Shown here: piece by piece, positions 27,082-39,288 of the stretch | Layout: the number at the start of each line of letters is the position of its first letter | Numbering within the stretch: the first letter of the stretch is position 1 | Assembly (NCBI RefSeq): GCF_006345805.1 | Contig: NC_043006.1 | Coordinates: 89,776,001-89,840,000 of the forward strand | Direction of reading: 5' to 3' | Length of the DNA: 64,000 bases | Origin: Octopus sinensis | Taxonomy: Eukaryota | The notes under the pieces: generated by a model | What the model was told of the DNA's origin: nothing | Databases searched by the model: none | What the model saw: the letters and a program-made list of their open reading frames with translations, nothing else | Made by a program: the position numbers and the translations under genes

Positions 27082-27168
27082 ATGCCAAGAAACTGTATAA
27101 ACTTCGTAAACAACTTCTGCTATATTTGCTGTGACTTAACATCCAAGTCACAAAGACAGCGCTTCACG
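27082..27168 (+). pseudogene. N-terminal remnant of a Chapaev3-like (CMC superfamily) DNA transposase
   Basis: Translates MPRNCINFVNNFCYICCDLTSKSQRQRFT, matching the C-x7-FCYICG N-terminal pattern I recall for this family. Family assignment is from memory. Confidence 0.55.
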
Positions 27169-27448
27169 TGCAGCAAAGACACAGGTAAAATGAAACACAA
27201 CACAGCATGCAGTTGTCATGGTAACAAGCTGCTAGTGCCACGTTGTCTGTTGATTGGCTAAAATTACTTCAAGCTTGTTGGAGTAAATCTCTAAAAAGTA
27301 TTGACGAAAATCACTCCTTGTCAGTAAGGTTAAAATGTATTAAGTCTTTGGCTGAGACCTGGCCAGAAGGTGAAATAAAATGGAAAATAAATAAATGAAT
27401 AAATAAATAAATAAATAATACCCAACAAAATAAGCTGTGAGTTTTTAT

Positions 27449-27959
27449 GGCAGTGGCTCTCATGGCTTCTGATCTTAACTGATTGGAAGTGTTACCATGT
27501 ACATTGCTTTGTCTTGGTATAAAAGATGGGCTACAGCAAATATTCTGCTCAATACCACAAATTTGCTTGTCAGTTGTTTGACCTTAACCGGTTGGCCATG
27601 TCCCTTAGTGGCTGACGATATGTGCATCTCTGACCTCGGCCAGAAGTAGTGGGGGAACATCATAGCTTCTGTGTTGAGAGGAATTCTTTGGGGTTTGGAT
27701 AATTCACCTCTGTAGAGATGGGTGTGACGTTCAACATCCTTAAACAACCCTAATTCAAGGACCTTTTGATTGGGATGAGAAAATTCTAACTGAGCCCCAT
27801 GTGCTGTTTATCTTGATATGAGATCACCATGTTGCAGACATATGGTTGTGAGGCATGTGCCTGGTGTACCCTTATCAGACGGGTAGTCATGATGGGTATA
27901 CTGGGCTTTGTATATTTTACCCCAGTATCACTTTGATGGCATGCACTGCTCTCTCACTC

Positions 27960-27960
<1 letters not shown>
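27449..27960. repeat. Element 'X', copy 3 (left end truncated, small internal deletions)
   Basis: Homologous to 5237-5795; ends ctctcactca(ata)n. Confidence 0.9.
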
Positions 27961-27991
<31 letters not shown>

Positions 27992-28149
27992 TAATAATAA
28001 TAAAAGAGTGCATCATTATAGTAGCTCAGTATCAGTGTCTGCTCATTAGAAACTGACCATTTCATCTCTGGATGGTATCTCAAATGAATATATAAATCTC
28101 TATGATAGACATAATTAGTATTTGCACAGGTCCTTATGCCATCAGTTTG

Positions 28150-28300
28150 AATTCCCATATGAGAAGAACAAGTGGATACATAAACCTGCCAATGAAGCAG
28201 AGAATAAAGACCCCACCATTCTTTGGGATTTTAGCATTCAAACTGATCAAGCTCTCCAAAATAATAGACTAGATATTGTGGAAAAAAAAAAACAGGTCTC
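28150..28300 (+). mobile_element. Short R4/Dong-type RLE fragment
   Basis: YEKNKWIHKPANEAENKDPTILWDFSIQTDQALQNNRLDIV resembles ...ENEKTTILWDMPIHTDREIKANRPDIV of the main Dong copy. Confidence 0.7.
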
Positions 28301-29384
28301 AAAAATATGGCATCTAGGAATGACAACGGTGTCTGTAATCATGAAACCTTTGGTGACTCTACCAAAAGACACTCTTAAACACTACAGATAAATACCATAG
28401 AATCAGATCGAAAAGAATTCTTCACATTAAAGTAATTTTGTTTGTTGTATTGATTTTATCATATTTTATTTTTTCCATAGAGTTTAAGTCACTCCTCTTT
28501 TGCAATTCATAAAAATATGTTTTGGAAAAAATACATATAAAGAGGGAAAAATGAATAAGTTAAAATAAAAGATAATGAAATTTGGTAAAAATAATTAAAA
28601 CAAATGAAAGAGAGAGGAAATAAGAGAGAGTGGGGGGTAGAGGGAAAGAGCAGTGAAGAAAGAGATTTAGAAACAGAGAGAGAGAGAGAGAGCAAAGAAG
28701 AGAAAAGAACAAGGAAAATTGTGAGAAAAATAAGCAAAAAAGGAAAGAGAGAGAGAGAGAGATTGAGAGAGAAGAGAGAGAGAGATTGAGAGAGAAGAGA
28801 GAGAGAGAGAAGAGAGAGAGAGAGAAATATCTAAATAAAATAGAATGTTAGAAAAACCACATTAGAAAAGTACTTGTACGGATTAAGATCTCTGAATCTC
28901 TTCATCTCAGCCCCCCCACCACCACCACACTAAAAAGAGTATTCTTGAAATACACCAACTGGTTTCTCTTTTGTGGAGTATTTAACTTTTTTTCTAATCT
29001 TCATTCAAAAAGACAAAAGATTAAATATAAAAGAATATTTTCTGAAGCATCAAGGAGTAATTTGTGCTAGAAATTTTCTTTTCAATTTCAAAATAATTGA
29101 TTCCAAGAACTCCACAGTATCATTTCTATGAGACAATTCTTTTGCTCCAAACAAAATATTGTGTGATTTGTTTTGTTTCATAATTTAACACTTTGTGACA
29201 GCCGAAATGATCCAAGCTTAACATTTTCAGTCTCAATATTTCCTGCAGGGTTGACATTAGTACAAAACTCATGCAGAAACTTTCAATTCCAAACTATCTT
29301 TCTTGGTCTCTACCTTTCTCAAATATATATACATACATACATACATACATATATATATATGTAATCAGCATCATCATCATTTAG

Positions 29385-29690
29385 TGTCCTACTTCTATGC
29401 CTGCATGGGTAGGATGGTTGACAGGAGCCAGCCAAGTAGAAAACTACCCTAGGTGACGGTGTCTGTTTTGGCAGGGTTTTTATGGCTGGATGCCCTTCCT
29501 AACCCCGCCCCCCCCCAGCAGAGTGGACTCAGTGCTTTTTACATGGCATAAACACGGGGGGGGGGTAGTTTTGGAATGACTTTTACAGCTGGATGCCCTT
29601 CCAAATGCCAACCACTTTACAGTGTAGACTGGGTGCTTTTAATGTGGCAACAGCACTGGCAGGGTCACCAAGTAACTTGCAAGACAAAGG
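29385..29690 (-). repeat. RTE-tail-derived repeats (two partial units)
   Basis: ggctggatgcccttcctaac...gggtgctttt motifs, reverse of the shared tail. Confidence 0.7.
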
Positions 29691-31618
29691 ATTTTGAGAG
29701 GGGCAGGGACATTTGAGGAGGGGAACTTCTGTCAGAGGATGAAAGAGTGTTACAGAGAGACGGAGAGGAAGAAACAGGTGTCTTGCTATAATGGAGGGGG
29801 CATTAGAGGAGGTGACCTGGTGTCAAATGATGAAAGGTTAGAATGTGACAGAGAAATAGAGAGGTGTCTTGAGAGAGGTGTCAGAGAGAGAAGGGAAGGA
29901 GAGGGAGAGAGAGGGAGAGGAAGGGAGAGGGAGAGAGTGAGAGGAAGAGAGAGGTAAAAGAAAGAGGACTGAAAAAGGTGTCCAGGAGATACTTGGTTAC
30001 CAAGTCAGAGGGAGGAGAGAGAGGGTGCAGGCATGGTTGGAGAGGAGTGAACCAGGTAAGAGACTATCCTAGGCTACTGTGTCTGTTTTGGCAGAGCTTT
30101 TATGGCTGAATGCCTTTGCTAACATCAACCACTCTGCAGATACGTATATAATGATAAATGATGATGATGATGATGGTTGTCTCTCTCATTGTCCAAGAAA
30201 GATGGTTCTGTAATTTCTTGCTGAACAAACCTGCACAAATAATTTATTGATGATGATTAAATGTATGTGTTGTCCATTAGCTCTTTCTCTCTCTCTCTCC
30301 ATCAAATCAATGTTACCAGAACAGGTGCATGGTGTACCACACATCAAGCGTCAAAATGATTGCAAAGCAATATGATATGAAGTGCTTTGCTCACGTGCAT
30401 ACATACATACATATACAACATAGTTGTGCGAATATATCATTTGTTGACCACGTCTGCCACAAAAACATGTTTGGCTACTGTTCTGTTTGTCTTCAAAGGA
30501 CTGGGAAATATAAACTTACTTGGAAACTGGTGAAGGTTGGCAACAAGAATAGCATCCAACTATAAAAAATCTTTCTCGGTGAGTTTTTTTTTTTCTGGCA
30601 ATGGTAAACAAACGATAACTGACTCATGTTTCTTTTTGGAAAAACATCTACATCTTACCTATGACTGCAGATGAGATCATCATATTCCTGTGGATGTGAA
30701 TATATATACATATATGATGGACTTCTTTTTGTTTCCAACAACCAAATCCACTCACAAGCTTTGGTTGGTCTGGGGTTAAATAGTATACACTTACTCACTG
30801 TAGGTTTCAGCCTATAAGCACATGGTTGTGAAGTTAACTTTTTAACCACACAGTCACCGACAACTGAGCTGAAGAGAAGCAGCTCCCTGCTAAGGATACA
30901 AGGGAACGGACCCTCACCTACGTAATTATTTTCATCTCTTCTTCTACAAGCAGCCACATCCAACCTGCATTTCACAACATTGTCCCATTGCTTTTGATTG
31001 GTCCTCACTTCCATGTTGTTTGTCTCTGCCAATAACATTGATGCAGCTTAGTGGATTTCATTCTCTGAAAAAGCACCCAAAATACATCTGGTATCCACTG
31101 TTATTTAGCATAATAGTAGTAGCCAGCAAAGCCTATTCTGTATTTAATAGTGGAGATGGGTGGGATATGTCTGTAAATTTATTCTTTTGTCTTGTGCACA
31201 TGCTAAGAGGCATACTGAGCCCTCATGAAAAGCCTGATATATGTAGCATCAGGGTTTTCTAAAAGCACCTTCTTTGTAGTCCGGTTTTGGCATTGTAAAG
31301 AGGAATGCTATCTACACTTTCCTTAAACAAGGCCAGTCTTGTTTAATTTGAAATACTTGATTGCCAGGATGTCTTGGGTTTTTGTATAAGCTTCAACATG
31401 TAATACAGTGAATTGGAAAGCTTTGAATTATGACTACTTTTGCAATTAGAAGTTAAAAACTCCCTACTGAGGTACTTAAAATTCAAAAACTAACAAGTAA
31501 GGTACCTTCAATAATATTGATCCAAATTTAAGGAATTAAAACAGTGCAGTAAGAAATTTTGTTTCTAAAGTAAAGTGGTTAAACGTGATGGATATGTTTC
31601 AAACTAGTTAGGTCTCAC

Positions 31619-31670
31619 CAGGCATAGATATTCACTTCAGTTGGCTTGATGGAAAAGTAATCAATATAAA
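31619..31670 (-). CDS. Candidate 52-nt coding exon: xYIDYFSIKPTEVNIYA(W)
   Basis: Acceptor ctcctctattttcag and donor CTG|gtgaga; only one frame is open. Confidence 0.4.
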
Positions 31671-32946
31671 CTGAAAATAGAGGAGTAGCAATGATAAAAG
31701 ATATTTGGCTTTTTTTCGAAATGGTAAGCACAGATAATTCAGAACTAAAAGAAATATATGAAATTAATTTTAAAAAATTTGCTAATGAGTAGAATGTTGT
31801 GTTAGTATTCTACTTAATAACTTTTAAAATAACGGTCTATATCAGTGTGAGCATGGCATCACCATTCTGTTCTTGAACAAAACACCTTGTATCCTATTGC
31901 TTTTGACACCTGATGTATGGCACACCATGCATCTGTTCAGACAACATTGATTTAATGAAGAGAGGAAGGGAGAGAGAGAGGGAGAGCTAATGTACATGTG
32001 TGCATGCATGAGAGTTTCCCCTTGATTTCATACACTGCAATACTCTCTGAAGAAAGTGGTATCATTCACAGGCAATCTTCAATGAAAATATGTCAGGCCA
32101 CTAAACCGCTTGTGTTGAAACCACAAATGAAAGTGGTTCATTTCTCAAAAAAGGTTGACAACAGGAAGAGCATTAAGCCATAGAAAACCTGTTTCAACAA
32201 ACTGCATCAGATCCATGCAAGAATTGGCAAAAAAGCAGACATGAAAATGTTCCTGTGCTTGAAGATGAGAACGTTATTCTGAAGCTGAATAAAACTCATT
32301 CTAAACTCATTCCCATCTCTTCTACACATTACAATTTCATGTAATATATTTATTATTTCTTTTCTTATGTCTGTCAAAACAACAGTAAGTATAGCAGCAG
32401 CAGAATGAGTGAAAATAATTACAATAGCAGCACAAACAATGGCAATCGTAATCTTCATTGTATGAAAGCAATTTTGGTTCATAACAAAAAATATTGAAAT
32501 AAAGATTCAAACAGGTACGAGAACAGAACACAGATTAGGTTTTGTAACAAAGCTTATGAAATTCGGTTTGCTGTCATAAAATAATAAATCTGTTTTGGTC
32601 CCCAGCCACTTACCACTAGATCAATACACACACACACACACACACACACATTGTGTATACACAAACAAAAATTATACCAACACAAAACATGTACACATGG
32701 CTATGTATAGAGATAGTAAAGTATCTTTGATAGAATATTTCTCATTTATTATAATCTAATTTACAAATAGCTTATTTTCCTCTCATTCTCATACAAATAC
32801 ATATTGGACATTAAACACACACACACACAAACTACAGATGTATGTTGTTGACATCAAAAATAATACATGCTATTATTTATAGCTTAGTGCATGCTTCAAG
32901 TTATTCCCAAAAAGAAAAGATATATATATATATATAGATGCATGCC

Positions 32947-32978
<32 letters not shown>

Positions 32979-34694
32979 CGTACGTATGTACATGCATGCA
33001 TGTACGTACGTACGTATGTACATGCATGCATGTAAAGCTTAAATTGGAATAGTATTAAAATGATTAAAATTGTTGAAACCAGTACTGAAAAGTGACAAGT
33101 TTCTTCTGTTCTGAAGAATATATGTTGCCTGAGAAAAGGTCAATAATGAGTGATGAGGGGCAAGGCTCAGAGAAGGATTTTTATCAGAATTGAACTGTCA
33201 GAAAAATTTTTTTTTAAATATCTACAATACAAAGTTTCCATAGAAATTCCAAACAATCATCTTCTGTTCTCTTCTTTTACCTCTACTTCTCTTTGTTTCT
33301 TTTTTGTTTACCTGACCATCTCTCTCTCTCTCTCTTACTCTCCCAACTCCCTAATTTACTTTTTCCCTATCTTTCTCTCTCTCTGTCTTTCTCTTTCTCT
33401 CACTCACTCTCTATCTATGTCACTTTCACTCTCCAATCTCTCTCACCCTACTTCCTTTTCCTTCTCTTCCTCACTCATTACGTCTCTCCACCCACCCCAC
33501 CAACTCATCTTTTCCTACCACAATCATAAAAAAAATTCGAAAACATTAAAAGAAACACAAACAAAACCAACACGGATGTAACTTAACTATCATTTGAAAG
33601 AAAGAAAACTGAGGGAGACACTGGAAGGAGAGATGAATTCCAGGCAAGGTCCAGCTTATTGGCTTAAACTGAAGTTGCAACGAACCAGTCAAGTGACAGG
33701 TCTCTACTACAGGTTTTTATAAAGTGCAACAAAACCAAACAAAATTTAAAAAATACCAAACTAATAAATAAATAAGAAATCAAATGTTGAATTTATTTTG
33801 GTTTTAGTGGAGATGGATTGAAATATTTCTTTCTTGTCTTTTTTTTTCTTTTCGAGAATTTCTTTATTGATCTCTTTCTCTCTTCATCTATAGCTTCCTC
33901 TCCATTTTTATTTGTCTATTATAACTTTCTTGCTATATCCATCAATTTTTCACTCACTTTTTTTCTTTCTGTCTGTGTGTCTATCTGTCCATTTGCCAGT
34001 TTGTCTATCAGTCTATATTTATGCTTACCTATTTATTAATTTCTCCAGTAAGTTTAACTAAAAGGAGCCAATGGCAAACCCCCACTGCATTATCTCAAGA
34101 AAATATCTTGAAAGACATTGGTGAAGGAAGCAGGAGCCATTAGTAGACTTGGTAGTGTGAGGAAGGAAGAACCACATCTTTTTGGTTGCATAGTTAAAAA
34201 CCTTGCTTTGCAACAATATATTTTTGGTTTCAGTCCCACCTTGGGAAATTGTCTTCCACTCCTGTCTTGGGTCAACTAATGCCTTGCAAAAGAATTTGGT
34301 GGACAGAAACTGTGAGGAACCCTGTTATTTATGTGTGTGTGGTTGCTGTGCTTGTATTTATTCCTTCCTCGCCACATGACAACTGATGTTGGTTTGTTTA
34401 TGTCCCCATAGCTTAGCAAAAAAGAGTGATCAAATAAGTACCAGACTTCAAAACACAAAAACATAGAGCACAGTGCCCCAGCATGGCCACAGTGCTATGA
34501 CTGGAAAATGTAAAAGATAATAGAACCATTTTGGTACAAATCTGCCTGGGACCAACCCTGCTTCAATGGTGCAAACAAAGAGATCTAAATAGAAATCTTC
34601 TATCAAAAGTAATATAAATTCTTTTGTTCTAAAAACCAGTTTAATTAATGTCAAAATGATTTTCGAAATTAGAGCATTACAACAGAAATATGGT

Positions 34695-34734
<40 letters not shown>

Positions 34735-34889
34735 CAAGCAATCACGCACGCACATACACACATTCACACACACACACTCATATATTTATACATATATAGG
34801 GCGCATCAGGTACTTGAGGACATACCTTTTTTGGGTCATAGGTGCATTTTTTTGCTAATTCTGTAAAATCTTTGTTTCAGAAAATAATA

Positions 34890-35900
34890 ATGGCAGACCC
34901 TCAGCTCACTCAAGAAATGAAGGGGCATGCTGTTATTGTGGTTATAAAGGCTGAGCATATTCATTTAGAAATATCTCAATTTTCAAAAGTTGCCAGATCT
35001 TTCATCTACAAAGTTTGTAAAGAGCTAGAGACTGAAGATGGAAACATATCACCAGTATCAAAGCATAAAAAGAATTCTAAATGCTGTGAAATCATCAGAA
35101 CACCTGAATTCATCCAGCAAGTTCAACAGACCATTGCTTACAATCCCAGAAAGTCCATGAGGTCAATTGCAAAAGATCTCCATGCATGAGAAGAAACAGT
35201 CAGAAATGTTGTCCACGAAGACATCAGATATAAGTTTTATATGATGAGGAAAAGTCAATTTGTCAGAAAAAGCAAAAGAAAATCTCTACATCAGATCTAA
35301 AAGGCTCTTTAACAAACTGAAAAATGCAGCAGAAGAAGATTTGATTTAGATTTTCTCAAATGAGAAAAACTTCAACCAAGATCAAAGCATTAACAGAAGA
35401 AATGACATGGTTATGTGCAGATCCTTTTGAAGTTTCAAGTGTTATGCATGCAAAATTTCCAGAAACTGTCATGGTTTTAGGGGTTGTCAGCAATGAAGGA
35501 CATGTGATGCCTCTTTACAAGGCCTTAGAGTTAACTCTGCCACCTACATTGAGGCCCTAGAAATAATTGTTAAGCCCTGGATAGACAGTGTATGCAACGG
35601 AAGGCCATGTGTGTTTCAATAAGACTCTGCATTATCACACATGGCTCTAGTAACACAAGAATAGTTGGCTGAAACATTTGGCTTCCTAGTTCCCCAGATC
35701 TCAATCCATTGGACTATTACATGTGGAGCATTGTTGAGAGAGAAGTCAATGAACACACCCATAACACCAAAGATTCTATGAAAGCTGCCCTAGTCAGAGT
35801 AATGTCCAAAATGAACCAGGACCACTTGATTCAAGCTTGTAGATGATTTAGATCTCATATAGAAGCAGTTGTTGAAGCTGAAGGTGACTTTATTGAATAA
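34890..35900 (+). mobile_element. Decayed Tc1/mariner transposase, maT (DD37D)-like
   Basis: NPRKSMRSIAKDL, FSNEKNF, QDSALSH and PDLNPLDYY-like motifs and AEGDFIE* across frameshifts and stops. Confidence 0.8.
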
Positions 35901-36509
35901 CATTATAGAAAAGAAGGTTCATTTTTATCCTCATGGTTATTATCTGTTATATATCTGGTTTTTTTTTAGAAACATAAATCTGTCCTCAAATATCTTATGC
36001 ATGCTGTAGAGACAAATATAAGGTAAGTCAGTGGATGGAAGAACAGTATGAGCAGGGAGAGAATTAGAAGCTTAATCCAAATCTTGGGAGCAAACATAGT
36101 AAAAAGTACCCAGGATTCAGGTGATGGTGCCAAAAAGGCATTCCATTAGGCCTATTATCCAAAAAGTATATTTTGAATAAGCATACAGCAGTTGTTCAAG
36201 CTGCTGGAAATAGTAGCTAAAACTTGCTCAATTCACAATCTATTGTCGTAGCAAAAATGGAGGCACCACATAAGACAATTTAGTTCTAAATACTGTGTGA
36301 CTGAATATAAAATATATGGAAAAATGGAGACCACCTCTACCTTTGGGATGAAGTTAAAATAATAGATAGAGAGTACCACTGGAAAATATGAAAACTAAAA
36401 GAAGCAGCACATATGCTAGGATACAACAATCTCCTAAGCAGACCAATTAAGGAAGGATAGGAGAATATTAGATTTATAAGCCCTAATATTCACTCCATAA
36501 TTGCCCACA

Positions 36510-36770
36510 GGCATATGGCGTAGTGGTTGGGAGCACGAGCTACTAACCCCAAGATTCAGAGTTTGATTCCAGACAGTGACCTGAATAATAATAATAATAA
36601 CAACAACAGCATCAAAAAATACCTTATGAATGAGAACCCATCCCGAAGGCTAGAGGGTATATCAGCCGAAATATTGTGTTAACAACAAACAAACAAGATG
36701 AGGACAATTATCTGTCAAATGAAAATAATGTAAATAATTCCTCATCTCTTAAATAGGATGAAGTCCCCAA
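36510..36770 (+). mobile_element. tRNA-headed SINE-like element with (AAT)n spacer
   Basis: tggcgtagtggtt...gagtttgattcc (A/B-box-like), then (aat)n and a body containing gaaggct...agccgaaa. Confidence 0.6.
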
Positions 36771-37435
36771 CAACTAATATTCTGCAAAACTCATACTGAA
36801 CCCATAACAGTACTGCTTCCACACTGGGACAGCACTGCCACCCCACCCCCCACATACACATACAAGTAATGGAGGCTGCATTCAGAGAAAGATCACTCAA
36901 CCAATGGGTATAGTGTCATTCACAAACACACTCCAATCTCTGGCCCATAGACATACTGAGAGAGGAGACACATCTCCTCTCTCAATCACATCTACTGCAA
37001 TTATAATGGCCTTTGCTCCTCATAACTGGTTGTTCTCCTGCCACCTTTTCTCAAGCATGATTCATTCAGTCATCTCTCAGCCTCTCATCATTTCACCTCA
37101 GCAGGCATCACACCAAACTCGACTCCCAGTCCTTGCTAGAATGCTGATCAACTCCTTCAGAGTGTTCCCAACCAATTATGTCCGAACAACAACATAGAAC
37201 ATGTTGGGAAATGTAGTCCTTGATATTGCAAAGCTGAGTAAAAGGGAAAAAAAAAAACAATAAACAACAGAACAGTTATAACTAATCCTTAACTTTTGAT
37301 CTTTAACTTATTTCCATTAGTGCTGACCTTGGCCTAAACAACAACAACAAAATAAAAGAAGGAAGGTGTATCGGATGACACAAATTGTCGTCATGGTGAT
37401 GAAAAATGAAAAAACAAAAAAGGTTCCAGTCATAC

Positions 37436-37507
37436 CTGTTTGAGGGAGTTAAAACCAACAATACTTAATGAGAACTTCCAAATTCACAATAATATTGAAG
37501 AGCTTAC
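37436..37507 (-). other. 72-nt cryptic/non-coding exon with AG|GTAAG (recursive-splice-site-like) start
   Basis: tttttcttctttttcag|gtaagc at 37508/37507; second donor AACAG|gtatga after 37436; stop codons in all three frames. Confidence 0.35.
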
Positions 37508-37910
37508 CTGAAAAAGAAGAAAAAAATGCAATTAATCCAATAATTAATTTTTAGTTAGTATTTTGTTCGTTTTATAAAAGGATTTTGAATAAGTGATGTT
37601 TCCTAAATATTTGTTACTCCAGTCCCCGTTCTAATGAAATGTTAAAGTGACCAACACCCAAATTCCCTTAAACTTTTCCTGACCATTATGAGAGTGGAAT
37701 TTTGTGATGCTTTCATCATCATCATCATTTAATGTTCACATTTCCATGCTTACATGGGTCAGATGGAATCTGTTGAGGCAGATTTTCTACAGCCGGATGC
37801 CCTTCCTGTTTCCAACCCTCACCTGTTTCTAAACAAGGTAATATTCCCCCCACCCACCATTGCCAAACACATTTTTCATGGAAGACTAGAAATGAACACC
37901 ATCATATGTA

Positions 37911-37944
<34 letters not shown>

Positions 37945-39288
37945 CATGTGTGATATATTTTTCTTTATTTAAAATCACTTCAAGTAAAGACATGGGCCCT
38001 TTGTAGGCAAAGGGTTAAAGGAACAAGAGGAATGGAAATTAATGCCACAAATGCTTTATATATGCACATATATTTAAGATAACAAATAAACGAGTACAAT
38101 AAAATAAATGTTAAAAGTTTTAAATAAAATATGATGATAGATATAGTAATAAAAGAAATATAAAAGAACTGATGGCAATAAAACATGGTAAATGAGAGAA
38201 GAATAAAGGAGAGAGTAAATTGAAATCAACTGAGATGGTTATAAAAGAACGGATAAAAGTATTAAAATGAAGCCAACTGCCAACAGTAGGTTAAGCTTAA
38301 AGAGACCAATGTGATATTCAGTAGGAAATCAATGGGGCTAGAATATATTCCCCTAATTAATTCTAGAGGGAGAAAAAAACAATAACTTTGGCATGGAATT
38401 TGCAGATATTGAGGGAGCATAGAACAAATTCTCTAAGTTTAGTAAACCAAGTTTTGAAGGCAAATTCTTTGATCAGTGGTACCAAAGAATGAAACTCATC
38501 TAAACACCTTCCACAAGAAAGAATGCAGAAAAGTTTCTAATGCACAACATTCTATGAAGAATTGGGGCATTGGGGTGATGAGTTTATCAACAACTAGACT
38601 TTACATTCGATTTTGTATTTTGTCAATAGTGGAGAGTAGGTTTAAGAGGAACTCTCCCAAGTGTGTAAGCAATGCTCTAGTTTTTAGGTGAATCTGTCTC
38701 TTCTGCCATAATCCTAGATACCCTTGTATGTTGGTATTGTGAAGTTCATAAAAAGATTGAGAAGAAAAAAAGAACGTGGAGATAAATTGTTTATAGAAAG
38801 TAAAATAGGTGTTTATCTAAAATCTCTTTGCTATTTTGAATTAGGAACAAAAAGTAAAATGTATATAAAGATTAAAGATAATTTTCCATTCCATGATATC
38901 TTATTTATGATAGCTTTTTATTTTATTATGTTTAGCTTTATATGTGATATCAGCTTCCGATATTTTATTTGTGAGCCTTTTGTCATGCATTTATGCATAA
39001 TTATCACATGAATATTATATTATGGAAACTGAATAGGATATCTAGGATGCAAAAGTGATAATATGAATTAAAACATTCAGTTTAACATACATACATATAT
39101 ATATATGTACATATGCATGTATGTGTGTGTGTATGTATATATATGCATGTATGTGTATATATGTGCGTGTGTGTACTTATAAATAAGTATGAGTATGTAT
39201 ATATGCTTGCAGTGATGTAAATATATGAATGTGTGTATGTATATATATATGTGTGTGTGTATAAGTATATATAAAGTATATACATATA

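Noticed and set aside
32207-32482. ORF with signal-peptide-like MKITIAIVCAAIVIIFTHSAAA
   Set aside because: Hydrophobicity likely comes from degenerate ATT/GCT/GTT repeats, the ORF ends in a SINE tail, and there is no donor site.
33150-33581. 143-aa and 78-aa S/L/F-rich ORFs (also 28507-28789, 29694-29957, 49600-49968)
   Set aside because: Derived from CT/GA-rich low-complexity sequence.
36513-36575. Possible tRNA gene
   Set aside because: A/B-box-like motifs only; no acceptor stem or complete cloverleaf. Treated as a SINE head.
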